Shown here piece by piece: positions 45,272-56,014 of a stretch of DNA of 64,000 bases. This DNA comes from an uncultured Gemmatimonadaceae bacterium (GTDB taxonomy: Bacteria; Gemmatimonadota; Gemmatimonadetes; Gemmatimonadales; Gemmatimonadaceae). Every line of letters begins with the position of its first letter. Within the stretch, counting starts at the first letter, position 1. Below the pieces are notes generated by a model. It was not told where the DNA came from, searched no databases, and saw only the letters and a list, made by a program, of their open reading frames with translations. The stretch is taken from the NCBI GenBank assembly GCA_963716745.1, contig OY970320.1, forward strand, positions 1,568,001-1,632,000. Reading direction: 5' to 3'. The position numbers and the translations under genes are program-made.

Positions 45272-45687
45272 TTCGCGCGCACCGGCGTGAGCGGGCGCCG
45301 TCCCGCGAAGCCCGCTTCCAGTTCGTGCCAATGTTCCACCGCCGGTTCGTCGTAGCGCCAGCAGAGCCACACATCGCGGCCGTCGATCTCGCCCGGGAAA
45401 TCCACGAGTCCGCCGTCGAGCGGCTGCTTGTACTCCACGCCGAGGTCGGCGAGCTCGCGCAGGCACGCATCGATCTCCGCCGCCAAGCGCTGGACCTCCG
45501 CCGCGGCCGCGTCGGCCTGCGGGTCGGGCTGGTCGGCGGTCGCGTTCGCGGCGAACACCGCGAAGGCCTCCACGCGATCCTTCCACACCGGATAGAACGT
45601 GATGATGTCCCGCACGATCCGCCGCACGAGCGGCAGCGTGCTGTTCGCCTGCGCGACGGTGAAGTGCCGTCGAGCCGGGCGGCTCAC
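45268..45687 (-). CDS. DUF2203 family protein
   Basis: FTVAQANSTLPLV, GLVDFP, LCWRYDEP, WHELEAGFAGRRPL. Confidence 0.85.
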   Translation of the reverse strand: MSRPARRHFTVAQANSTLPLVRRIVRDIITFYPVWKDRVEAFAVFAANATADQPDPQADAAAAEVQRLAAEIDACLRELADLGVEYKQPLDGGLVDFPGEIDGRDVWLCWRYDEPAVEHWHELEAGFAGRRPLTPVRAN

Positions 45688-46190
45688 GCCGGCTTCCCCT
45701 CGGCGTTGCGCTCCTCGAGACGGCGCCGGCGGCGCGCTTCCGCCGCGGCGTAGCGACGCTTCTCGTCGTCGGTCTGCGGGATCACGGCCGGCACATCCAC
45801 CGGGCGGCCGTTGCGGTCCACCGCCACGAAGGTGAGGTAGCACGAATTGGTGTGGCGCCGCACGCCATCCACGAGGTTCTCACAATCCACCCGCACGCCA
45901 ATCTCCATGGAAGTGCGGCCGGTGTAATTCACGCTCGCCTTCATGATCACCAGATCGCCCAGGTGGATCGGCTCGCGGAAATCCACGCGGTCCACGCTCA
46001 CCGTGACGCAGCTGCCGCGTGCGTGGCGGATGGCCGCGACGGCCGCCGTGCGGTCCATCATCGAGAGGATCACGCCACCGAACACATGGCCGAGGTTGTT
46101 GGCGTGCTGCGGCATCATGATCTCGGATGTCTCGTGCTGCGAATCCGAGACGAACTTGCCGGGGCGGGACTTCTTGGGCGCGGGAGTCAT
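45684..46190 (-). CDS. Acyl-CoA thioesterase (hotdog fold), in frame with upstream lipoprotein
   Basis: PQHANNLGHVFGG, VTVSVDRVDF, GRTSMEIG, LTFVAVD. Confidence 0.85.
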   Translation of the reverse strand: MTPAPKKSRPGKFVSDSQHETSEIMMPQHANNLGHVFGGVILSMMDRTAAVAAIRHARGSCVTVSVDRVDFREPIHLGDLVIMKASVNYTGRTSMEIGVRVDCENLVDGVRRHTNSCYLTFVAVDRNGRPVDVPAVIPQTDDEKRRYAAAEARRRRRLEERNAEGKPA

Positions 46191-47303
46191 GGCGGTGCGG
46201 GTGTCCTCGGAATAGAGTGCGGCCTCATCGAACGCGCGGGCGAGCGCCGCGCGGGTGGCGCTGTCCACGGCGCCATGATCGAGCCAGAAGATGCGACGCG
46301 CGGGGGCCGGAAGCGTCGCGATCGGGAACGCGCGGCCGGCGCTGTCGAGGAGCCGGCTCAAGCCGGGATCCCCTCCGGGCTTGTATCCGACCTGCACCTC
46401 GAGGTTCCCGTGCTTCCATGAGGAGCCGTCGGGAGTTCCGAGCGATCGCGGCAGACCCTCGGCCGACTCGGCCCACCAGTTGGGCGCCGCGACGGCGATC
46501 GGCGGGAGAGGCAGCGTGAACCCTTCGGCCTTGCGGCCGGTGCCGGGGGCGACGAAACGGATGGCCGGTGAGCCATCGACGTTCATGATCTCGAAGCTGG
46601 TGGGATCGAACTTGAAATCGCCCACGGCGGCGGCCGCCTGCTTGGCGCGCGCGTCCGAGCTGGCGAGCACCGAGTCGAGCGTCTGGGTGAAGAGCTTGGC
46701 GCCCTTCTGGAGGACGTACTCGGCGTTCTTGTCGCCGACGATATCGGCGACCGTGGCCGGCCCGCCCTTCCCCAGGTCGAGCGTGTAGCGGCGCGCGATA
46801 TGCCAGTTGTCGCTGCCGTCGCCCTCGAGGTCGGCGGTGTAACTCACCGAAAGGAAACGGCCGAACTGGACGAGCGGCACGAGGTCCGAGGTGGCGCTGA
46901 GCGCCGGCTCGTCGGGCAGGTCGTCGTCGGGACTGAGGGGGCGCTCGGTGGGATGCTGGGACGCGTACATCACCGCCACGGCGTTGATCGTCGTGTCCAT
47001 GAAGACGGCGGTCGAGTCGCCGCTGCGGAGGTCGCGGCGGTAGAGTCGCTGGCCGGTGATGATCGCGTCGGGGTAGGAATGGTCGTCGTCGGCCAGGTAG
47101 AGCTCAATGAACGAACCGTTCAGCCGGCCGAGCCGGAGCGGGGCGCCGCGAACGCGGACGCCTTCGGGTCCGGACCGGACCCAGAAGGAGCTGTCGCCGG
47201 CTTCGATGATGAACTCGGCCGCCGGCGCAGCCGGGCCGCGATGAGGCGCGGGACAGGCGGCGAGAACGAGAAGGAGTGCGGTGGCGGCCGGGACCCGGAA
47301 CAT
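46191..47303 (-). CDS. Hypothetical lipoprotein (no stop before thioesterase)
   Basis: LAAC lipobox; ORF continues into thioesterase. Confidence 0.6.
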
Positions 47304-47414
47304 GCGCGGAATATACCGTGTGACGACAAGCATGGGGTGTGCGTGCTATGAACACGACGCGCGGTGTAGATTTCGCGTCCCCCGGTGAACCACCCTGTAC
47401 CACGCGAGTCGCAG

Positions 47415-48576
47415 ATGCGCCGCCCAGTCATCGTTGTCCTCGTCGCTCTCATCGTGGCGTGCCGCCGCGATGCACTTGCCGCGTCCGTTCGCCCTGCGAT
47501 CGTGCGCGACACCATTCACGACAGCGTGCATGCGGCGCCGGCGGCGGCCGCGCGAAAACCGCTGGCCGACACCGGCATCGTGCGCGCGCTCTATGTGAAT
47601 CGATGGGCGTCGCAGAGCGCGAAGAAGATGCGCGCGCTCATTGCGATCGCGGACAAGACCGAGATCAACGCGCTCGTGATCGACATGAAGGATGAGTTCG
47701 GTCTCAACTTCGAGTCGAGGGACACGATCGTGTCGCGCAACGCGGGGCGTGCCGGCCGGCTCAAGGAGCTCGTGCCGCTGCTGGACACGCTCAAAGCGCA
47801 TCACATCCTCGCGATCGCGCGCGTGGTGGTGTTCAAGGACTCGGTGGCCGCGCGCGTGAATCCGCAGCACGTGATCCGGAAGCCCGACGGCACGCCGTGG
47901 CACGACAAGAAGGGGCTGACGTGGGTGGATCCGTACGACCCGTCGATCCGCGAGTACAACATTCGCGTGGCGGAGGAACTGGCGCGGCTGGGATTCGATG
48001 AGATCCAGTTCGACTATATCAGGTTTCCCGAGCCGTACGCGTCGCTGCCGCCGCAGGTGTTCAAGGATGCGAACGGCGTGGCGAAGCCGAAGGCGCTCGC
48101 GGACTTCTTTCGCGCGGCGTGCCCGCGCATCCACGCGGCCGGCGCGCGATGCACGGCCGATATCTTCGGCATGGTGACGTCCATCGGTGGCGCGCTCGAG
48201 GTGGGACAGCAATGGAGCGAGCTGGCGCCGGTGACCGACGTGCTGCTGCCGATGGTGTACCCGTCGCACTATCCGCATGGATCGTTCGGGATCGCGCACC
48301 CGAACTCGGAGCCGTATCTCGTGGTGGACTCGGCGATCACGGGCGCGCATCACAAGGACATCAAGCTCGGGATCATGAGCCCGATCCATGTGCGCGCCGT
48401 GGCTGCAGGCGTTCACGCTGGGGCCGCCGCACTACACCGCCGAGCAGGTGCAGGCGCAGAAGAAGGGCGTGTACGACGCGGGCTACGATAGCTGGGTGCT
48501 GTGGAGTCCGGGGTCGGAGTATTCGATCTTCTTGACGGCGCTGGAACCGACGACAGTCTCGAGGAAGAAGAAATAG
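47415..48576 (+). CDS. Putative glycoside hydrolase (DUF4015), frameshift near 48390
   Basis: NALVIDMKD, IARVVVFKD, GFDEIQFDYIRFP, PMVYPSHY, PWLQAF. Confidence 0.85.
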
Positions 48577-48633
48577 TTCATCGACTCGCATCGTGCATTG
48601 CTGAGGCACGATGCGCGATGAACGATACGCGTT

Positions 48634-50778
48634 TTACCGGCTCAGCTTCATGCTCACGATGAACGCGCGCGGCTGCGCGGGCGTGTAAAAGCGCTCCACT
48701 TCATCGGAGGGCGGACCGCCGGGCGGCCCAACCGGATTGTCCGCGTACGTGGCGAAGCTCGAGAACTTGTGATCGAACAGGTTCTGCACAGTGGCGGTGA
48801 GGGCGATGTGGTCGCGCGCGTACGTCGCGCGCAGGCGCCACACGGCGTAGCCGGCGAGCGGCGGCTCGACGTTCGCGTCGTCGCCGCGCACGAACTGCGT
48901 GCTCACGGCGTTCATGCCGATCTCACCGTCGATCGTGCCCGAGCCCACGACTTCCGTGGCGCCGAACGCGAACGTCACGCGGTCGTGCGGCGAGAGCGGG
49001 AACACATCTCCGGGATGCACCGAGTCGGGCACCGGCAGCTGCGATGACAGCAGCACGGTGCTCTGATACGTCGCGTTCAAGTACGTGTACGATGCGCTCG
49101 CGCGCATCCCATGCGGCAGCATGAGCGTGCCGCTCAGTTCCGCGCCGGCACGGCGCGTGTGCGGGATGTTCTGGAAGTAGCCCTGCGTGTTGGTGCTCGC
49201 GACGAACACGATCTCGTCGTGCACATCGCTCCAGAAGAGCGACGCCTCGAGCGTGCTGCCGCCTTTCGGCGACCAGTCGGCGCCGACCTCATAACTCGCG
49301 AGCGTCACCGGCTGGAGCGGCGGGTCGCTGCCGAGCGCGTACGGGAGTGGACACGGCGCGTCAGGACTCGCGCAGCCGAGCTCCACCGGTGCGGGCGCAC
49401 GGAACCCGCCGCTCACCACGGCGTAGCCCCGCCACGCCGGGTTGAATTCGTACGTGGCGCCGAAGCGCGGAGAGAGATGCGTGAACACGCTCGTCGCGCT
49501 GTTGGCGCTGTCGTAGCGATCCTCGAACGGCACGCGCACCCAGTCGAATCGCGCCGCCGCGGTGAGCGAGAGCGCGGGTCGTGAGCGAGAGCACGCCCTG
49601 CGCGAAGACGCCGGCATCCTGCTCGGGCACGAACACGTCCGCGCACAATCCGTTGGCGTTGCATTCCGGCGGGAGATGCACGGATGTGTCGGCCGTGAGA
49701 CGCGCGTAGATCGATTCGCTCACGTCGTTCCGCGCAAGCTCGATGCCGACGGTGAACGCGAACGGGCGCGACCACGCGGAGAGCGGCGCGCTCCACTCGG
49801 TGGTGAGTCCGTACGATTGGTTCACGAGGAACGCGTCGGAGCTGGGCGCGTCCACGTTCACATTGAACTGTTCCGACGCGTTGTGGCGATAGAAGATCGC
49901 GGCGCGCAGCTGGCCGGCGCCCAGCGTGCGCTCGCCGCGGAGCGCGAGATGCCAGAGTTCGGGAGCGAAGAAATCGCCGCCGGTGTAGTTGAGTTTCGGA
50001 TTCACCGCGAGCCAGCTCGCAGGGAGCGAACCCGGCTCGGCGATGCTGTCGTGCGCGTACATCACCGTGAGCGCAATGTCGCTCGAGTCGCGCTTGCGGC
50101 CGAGGTTGAGGAAGATCGACCGCTCGGTGAGTCCGCCTTGTTCGCGCCAGCCAGACTCGTTGAAGAAGTTCGCGGAGAGGAAACCGTCGAAGGCGCCGCT
50201 CTTGCCGCCGGCGTTCACCGTCGCGTTGAACAGGCCGAAGGATCCGCCGCTCACATCGCCCTCGAGCACCGGCACCGTCTCGCCGCGCTGCGTGAAAAGC
50301 ACGAGCGCGCCGGCCAGCGTGTTCTTGCCGTAGAGCGTGGCCGGGCCGCGCACGAGCTGGCCGCGCGAGACGGCGTCCATCGGCAGGAGATCGAAGTTCA
50401 CTTCCTGCGCGTCGGGCTCGTTCACGCGCACGCCATCGAGGAACACCGACACGCCCTGCGGCACGCCGACCACTGGCGAGAGGTTGAACCCGCGGATCTC
50501 GAGCGTAGGCTGCGCGGGCGTGCCTTGATCGTCGAACACGCTCACGCCGGGGAGCTTCGCGAGCGCGGCGGCGGCGCTCGCGGCGGCGGGCGCGAGATCG
50601 TGCACGTTCACCTTGTCCACCTGCGCGGGCACGCTCTCATCCGCATCGCTCAGCCGCGTGCTCACGACGACCGGCACGAGATGCTGCACGCGCGCGGAAT
50701 CCTTCTTGGTGGAATCGGAACGAATCGTATCCTTCGCCTGGGCATCGGCTCGCTGGCGAAAACGATGAGCGCGAGCAT
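48634..50778 (-). CDS. TonB-dependent receptor (frameshifts near 49575 and 50750; start uncertain)
   Basis: Plug IRGF...VFLDGVRVN...RGPATLYG; barrel strands; VQNLFD...PRAF. Confidence 0.85.
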
Positions 50779-50876
50779 TCGCGATTCGCGCGAGTCGAAG
50801 CGTGCATCGTGCGAGCGTGCATCGTGCTCGGCGCCGCTCGTCTGTCGCGGCGCGATGCACGATGCACGATGCACGG

Positions 50877-52140
50877 CTAGCGCGTCCCGCCGGCTATGCG
50901 ACTCCACACCCTCGATGAGCCGCTCCACCTCCTCCATGTTCGTGTAGCACGCGCAACCGGCGCGCACGAGGCCGTCGGGCGCCTGGCCGAGCCGTTCGAC
51001 GATGGTGGTCGCGTAGAAATCCCCGTTCGACACGTAGACACCGAGCCGCGCGAGCGCGATCGCGACATCGGTGGTCGGAACGCCGGCAACGGTGAACACG
51101 ATCGTGGGCGTGCGGCGCTCCCGCGGCGGCGGCCCGAAGCGTCGCACGCCCTTGATCGCGCCGAGGCCCTCCCAGATGCGATGGAACAGCTCGTCGCCGC
51201 GCGTGTGCAGCTCGCCGAACGCCGCCGCCAGCCGCGCGCGCCGGTGCGCGCCGCCGTCGGGCGCGAGGGACGCGAGGAAATCCACCGCGGCCCCCGCCCC
51301 GACGATCCCTTCGTGGTTCTGCGTGCCGGTCTCGAGGCGCTCGGGGGCGGTGTCGGGTGCGGGGATGAGCTTCGGCACGTCGAGCGCGCTCAGCCGCTCG
51401 TGCTTGCCGTACAGGATGCCAATGTGGGGTCCGTAGAACTTGTACGCGGAGCACGCAAGGAAATCGCAGTCGAGCGCGCGGACATCCACGAGCGCGTGCG
51501 GCGCGTAGTGCACGGCGTCCACGAACACGACGGTGCCGGGCGCTGCGCCGCGCGCGAGACGCGCAGCGCGCGCGACGTCGGTGATGGTGCCGAGCGCGTT
51601 GGATCCGGCGCCGATCGCGAGCACGCGTGTGCGCGCGGAGAGTTGGCGTTCGAAGTCCTTCCAGTCGAGTTGGCCCGTGGCAGGATCCATCTTCGCGACG
51701 CGCACCACCGCACCGCGCTCGCGCTCGAGTGCGCGCCACGGCGCGATGTTGGCGTGATGGTCCAGCTCGGTGACCACGATCTCGTCGCCCGCCTCGAGCT
51801 CGCGGCCGAGCGCGCGCGCCAGATGGAAGGTGATCGTCGTCATGTTGAGGCCGAACGCGATCTCGTTGGGCGACGCGTTCAAGAAATCGGCCACCGCGAC
51901 GCGCGCGGCCTGGATCATCTCGTCGGTCTCGGCGCTCGTGGGATAGGCCCAGTGCGTGTTCGCGTTGTGATGGTACAGGTAGTCCGTCATCGCGTCGGCC
52001 ACTGCGCGCGGCACCTGCGTGCCGCCCGGCCCGTCGAAGAAAGCGACGGGGCGCGATCCCTCGCGCCGCTGCAGCGCCGGGAACTGCGCACGGATCGCAT
52101 CCGTGGACGTGACGCGAGAGGCCGACAATATCGCACTCAT
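50877..52140 (-). CDS. Cysteine desulfurase-like class V aminotransferase (indel near C-terminus)
   Basis: FDGPGGTQVP, DHHANIAPW, VDAVHYAPH, CSAYKFYGPH, ETGT. Confidence 0.9.
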
Positions 52141-53030
52141 GCGATCTCCACCTGGGCGAGCTGTTCGAGGAAACGCACCGCTTCCACGTGGTCGGCCTCT
52201 TCGCCGAGCGCGTTGTGGGCGGCGCGGAAGAGTTCCGCGGTGAGCGCGATGAGCGGCGCGGGCACGCGCTGTTCCTTCGCGACTGCGGCGGCGATGCCGA
52301 CATCCTTGTCGAGCAACGCGAGGCGGAACGTGCGCGGGAAGGCGCGCGTGAGCACGCGCTCGGGAAAGAGGTTCTGCGACGCGTTGCTGCGGCCGCTCGA
52401 TGCGTTGATCACGTCGAGCGCGACGGCGGGCTTCACGCCCGCTCTCGTGAGCGCGGCAAGTCCCTCGGCGGCCGACCAGATGTGCACCGCGAGCATGGCG
52501 TTGTTCACCGCCTTGAGCGCGTGACCGGATCCGACCGGCCCGCAGTGCACGATCTTCTCGCCGAACGCCGCGAGCACGGGGCGCACGCGCTCGAAGACCG
52601 TCGCGTCGCCTCCCACCATGACCGTGAGCTTTCCTTTCTCGGCGCCGATCACGCCGCCGCTCACCGGCGCGTCGGCGAAATCGACGCCGCGTTCGGCGAG
52701 CCGTGCCGCGATGCGCCGCGAGGTCGCCGGATCGCCCGACGTGCAATCCACGAGCACGGAGCCGCGCTCGAGTCCGGCGAGCAATCCGCCGGGGCCATCG
52801 AGCACGGACTCGACATCGGGCGACGCGGGCAGGCAGGTGATGACGACCTCGGCGTTCTTGCCGGCATCGAGCGGCGACGACGCGACGCGCACGTTGGCGC
52901 CCGCGCCGGCGAAGGCTATCGCTTTCTCGCGTGTGCGATTCCACACCGCGAGCTCGAAGCGCGGGTCGACGAGATGCCGCGCCATCGGTGTGCCGATCGC
53001 GCCGAGGCCGAGGAACGCAATGCGGGTCAT
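52137..53030 (-). CDS. 3-hydroxyisobutyrate dehydrogenase-family NAD(P) oxidoreductase
   Basis: FLGLGAIGTPMA, DAPVSGG, KAVNN, LLDKD. Confidence 0.9.
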   Translation of the reverse strand: MTRIAFLGLGAIGTPMARHLVDPRFELAVWNRTREKAIAFAGAGANVRVASSPLDAGKNAEVVITCLPASPDVESVLDGPGGLLAGLERGSVLVDCTSGDPATSRRIAARLAERGVDFADAPVSGGVIGAEKGKLTVMVGGDATVFERVRPVLAAFGEKIVHCGPVGSGHALKAVNNAMLAVHIWSAAEGLAALTRAGVKPAVALDVINASSGRSNASQNLFPERVLTRAFPRTFRLALLDKDVGIAAAVAKEQRVPAPLIALTAELFRAAHNALGEEADHVEAVRFLEQLAQVEIA

Positions 53031-53167
53031 GGGTTCGATCGCGAGGTGGTGGAGGCCGAAAGCTCGCCGGGGGCGCGAAGCGCGTCAACGACCGTGGATG
53101 CACGAAGGAGCAGCCGGCTTCGACTGCTCCTCCGCGTTCACCTGCAGGCGGCCCCAGGTATCCCGCG

Positions 53168-55819
53168 CTACAGGCTAAGCCAATACGTCATCTTCACGAG
53201 AAAAGTGTTGATCGGGTGGATCGAGAGCAGGTTGTTCACGTTCGTGCCCGGATCGAAGCCGCTGTACTGCTGGCTCTGGTTGTAATAGTTGCGGCCGTGC
53301 TGCCAGACGAGATACACCGCGGAGCCGCGGCGGTACTCCCAGCGGAGCACGCTGTTCACGATCAATTCCTGGTCGTTGAAGTTGTACGCGCTCGCGCTCG
53401 AGTCGGGCCTGGAGTACGGCGTGAGCTGCGTGTCGTACGACGTCGCGCGCGGATTCGTGAGCGCTCTCCAGTTCTCATAGCGGCCATCGCTGATGAACGG
53501 ATTGGCGTAGAACTGGAACGACAGCTTGGGCGTGAACGTGGCGTCCAGCCGGATCGAGGCGAAGAAGGTGTCCTGATGCAGCGCCGCGAACGTGCTGACG
53601 CTGTCGGGACCGTCCGCGAAGTTCTGGACCCACTGCGTGTAGTCAATGTTCAGGTCGTAGTGCAGGCCCACGGTGAGCGCGAGGTTGGAAGACATCGTGA
53701 ACAGCACCTGCGGATCGATGCCCCAACCGTGCGATTTCCCGCCGCTGCCGTTGAAGCCGAAGGTGTTGATGCTCGGCACGATCTTCATGCGCGGGTCGCC
53801 CTGGATGCCGGCCCACCACGAGAGGTACGGGTGGCGGTACATCGCGGGCCCGCCGCGCGCTTTCCGGTCGTCGTATACGCCGGGCAGGTTGTCGCCCTCG
53901 ATGCCGGCGTTCACCCACCAGCCGTTCTTGAGTTCCGTGGACGCGTTCACGTTGGTGCTCGAGGTGCTGAGGTAGGCGCTCGAGACGCCCTCTGCGCTCC
54001 ACGCGCCGTAGGCGTTGAAATTCAGGAACAGTTGCTTGTAGAACGACTTCGGCTGTTGGTACTGGAGGGCGAACCAGTTCCCCCAGCTCTCGGTGCCGGC
54101 CTGCGCGAGATAGCCGAGGTCGTTGATCTCGAAGCCGGGGCTCACGCGCGTCACGGTGCTGTTGAATCGCACGATCCCACCGCCGATCTTGCCGAAGCTG
54201 AGCTGCTCCGCGTCGCCGGTGAGCGAGGTGCGCAGCGTGTCGAAGGGGAGGCCGCTGCCGGGACGCTGATAGTAGTGCGTACTGTTCTCTTGCGTGTAGA
54301 GCATGGCGGTGTCGGACCCGCTCACCGAGCTGCCCACCGCGTAGCCAGTCAGTTCGTACTGGCGCTTCGAGAATTGCTTCCGGAAATCCACGCCGCCGGT
54401 GTAGGCATCCGTGCGCAGATACGGCGAGGTGAATGCATCGTTCTGCCGGTTGGTGGCCGTCACCATGGCGCCGATGCCGCTCTGGCCGTCGTCGTACTCC
54501 TTGAGCGCGCGCGCAGCGAAATAATTCGTGGGCGGCTCCGCGGTGCTGCCGTCCGAATTGTCGGCCTGCGCGGTGAGCGCGTCGAGCACGCCCACCGAGA
54601 GCCCGTTGCTCAATCGCCCGGTGAGTTTCGCCGCGCCGTAGATCTGCGTGGCGGTGGGTGAAGCGAGCGAGCCGTCGCTGAGCTGCGGCTGCCGTCCGAT
54701 GCGCCTCGAGTAGAACAGGCCGGTGCATGCGCCGTTGTTGCAGCCGACGTCGAGATGGAAGATGCCGGTGCCTTCCACGAAGAACGGCCGCTTCTCGGGC
54801 AGGAACGTCTCGAACGCCGAGAGATTGAGCACCGCGGGATCGGACTCCACCTGGCCGAAGTCGGGATTCACCGTGCCATCGAGCGTGAGGTTCGTGGTGA
54901 CGCCGTACTTCAGGTCCGCGCCGCCCGTGATGTCCTGCTGCCGTTCATAGCCCGTACCGTTCGGCCACGTCACGTTCTTGGTGACAACGTACGGCAGCAC
55001 TTCGAGATGCCGCGGCGCGCCGAGTCCCTCGATGCCGGTGATCTCGCCGAGCTGCGAGGAGATGCCGGGCTTGGTGCGGCGGTACACCGGCCAACTGTCG
55101 CGCTCGTTGAAGCGGGCGATGTCGCGCCACACGGCGAAGCCCATGGTGAGGTTCGGCGCGGGCGCGAAGCGCAGCTGGTCGAAGGGGATCCGGAACTCGG
55201 CCGTCCAGCCGAGCGAGTCGATCGTGGTCGCGACATCCCAGACGCCGTCCCAGGAGTCGTCCTCCTGGTTGTCGTTGAACGTGTAGTAGTCGCGCTTCAC
55301 GCCGCGGGGGTTCACGCAGAACTCGTAGCCGCTGCGTTTGTCGTGGTACGAGTCGATCATGACCTTGATCCAATCCGACTGCGTGTGCACGTCGTGGCGG
55401 CTGAGGAGCGCGACGATGCTGTCGGGGTGCGGATCGTACATCCGCACGAACACATAGATGAACTTGTCGTCGTACACGACTTTGGCGACCGTGCGGAAGG
55501 TCGGCGCGCTGTCCTCCTTCGGCTGGAACTGCCGGAAGGAGTCGATGATCTGCGCCTGCGCCCAGATAGGATCGTCGTCCTTGCCGTCGATCACGGGTGC
55601 GAGCGGCGCGCGCGTGGCGACCGCGGAATTCAGCGTGGCGGTGGCGGAGCGCACCGGCGGATCGCCGATCGAGGCGAGTTGCTGCGAGATCGTTGTCCCC
55701 GATGCGCCTTTCCCCGATGGAACCGTGGCCGCGTCGCTCTTTACGGGCGGTGGGCTCGCCGTCTGCGCGGCGAGGAGCGCGGGCAACACGAGCGCGGCGA
55801 TCGGGGACAGACGATGCAT
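53168..55819 (-). CDS. CBM9-like / DUF5916 outer-membrane protein
   Basis: PVIDG.DD..W, WTAEFRIPF, NPDFGQVESD, EKRPFF.EG, FYSRRIG. Confidence 0.85.
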   Translation of the reverse strand: MHRLSPIAALVLPALLAAQTASPPPVKSDAATVPSGKGASGTTISQQLASIGDPPVRSATATLNSAVATRAPLAPVIDGKDDDPIWAQAQIIDSFRQFQPKEDSAPTFRTVAKVVYDDKFIYVFVRMYDPHPDSIVALLSRHDVHTQSDWIKVMIDSYHDKRSGYEFCVNPRGVKRDYYTFNDNQEDDSWDGVWDVATTIDSLGWTAEFRIPFDQLRFAPAPNLTMGFAVWRDIARFNERDSWPVYRRTKPGISSQLGEITGIEGLGAPRHLEVLPYVVTKNVTWPNGTGYERQQDITGGADLKYGVTTNLTLDGTVNPDFGQVESDPAVLNLSAFETFLPEKRPFFVEGTGIFHLDVGCNNGACTGLFYSRRIGRQPQLSDGSLASPTATQIYGAAKLTGRLSNGLSVGVLDALTAQADNSDGSTAEPPTNYFAARALKEYDDGQSGIGAMVTATNRQNDAFTSPYLRTDAYTGGVDFRKQFSKRQYELTGYAVGSSVSGSDTAMLYTQENSTHYYQRPGSGLPFDTLRTSLTGDAEQLSFGKIGGGIVRFNSTVTRVSPGFEINDLGYLAQAGTESWGNWFALQYQQPKSFYKQLFLNFNAYGAWSAEGVSSAYLSTSSTNVNASTELKNGWWVNAGIEGDNLPGVYDDRKARGGPAMYRHPYLSWWAGIQGDPRMKIVPSINTFGFNGSGGKSHGWGIDPQVLFTMSSNLALTVGLHYDLNIDYTQWVQNFADGPDSVSTFAALHQDTFFASIRLDATFTPKLSFQFYANPFISDGRYENWRALTNPRATSYDTQLTPYSRPDSSASAYNFNDQELIVNSVLRWEYRRGSAVYLVWQHGRNYYNQSQQYSGFDPGTNVNNLLSIHPINTFLVKMTYWLSL

Positions 55820-56014
55820 GAACGGTTCACAGGCAGCGGTTCGGGAGGAGGGCGGCGGGTGATCGGCGCCCGCGACGTGCACTGAAAGGTGTGACACCGG
55901 CGGAGAAGAAAACGTTTGGACGGAGCTTGAAATCCGTACGGATTCGGGGTGGTACAGGTGTCAGGCGCGCGTTATGTTCTCGCGCGGCGCCACTCGCTCG
56001 ATGCCACCGGCTCG

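Noticed and set aside
50662..53103. 813-aa ORF as a single fusion protein
   Set aside because: Only 50877-52140 is a recognisable desulfurase; the N-terminal part overlaps the dehydrogenase out of frame and the tail results from an indel
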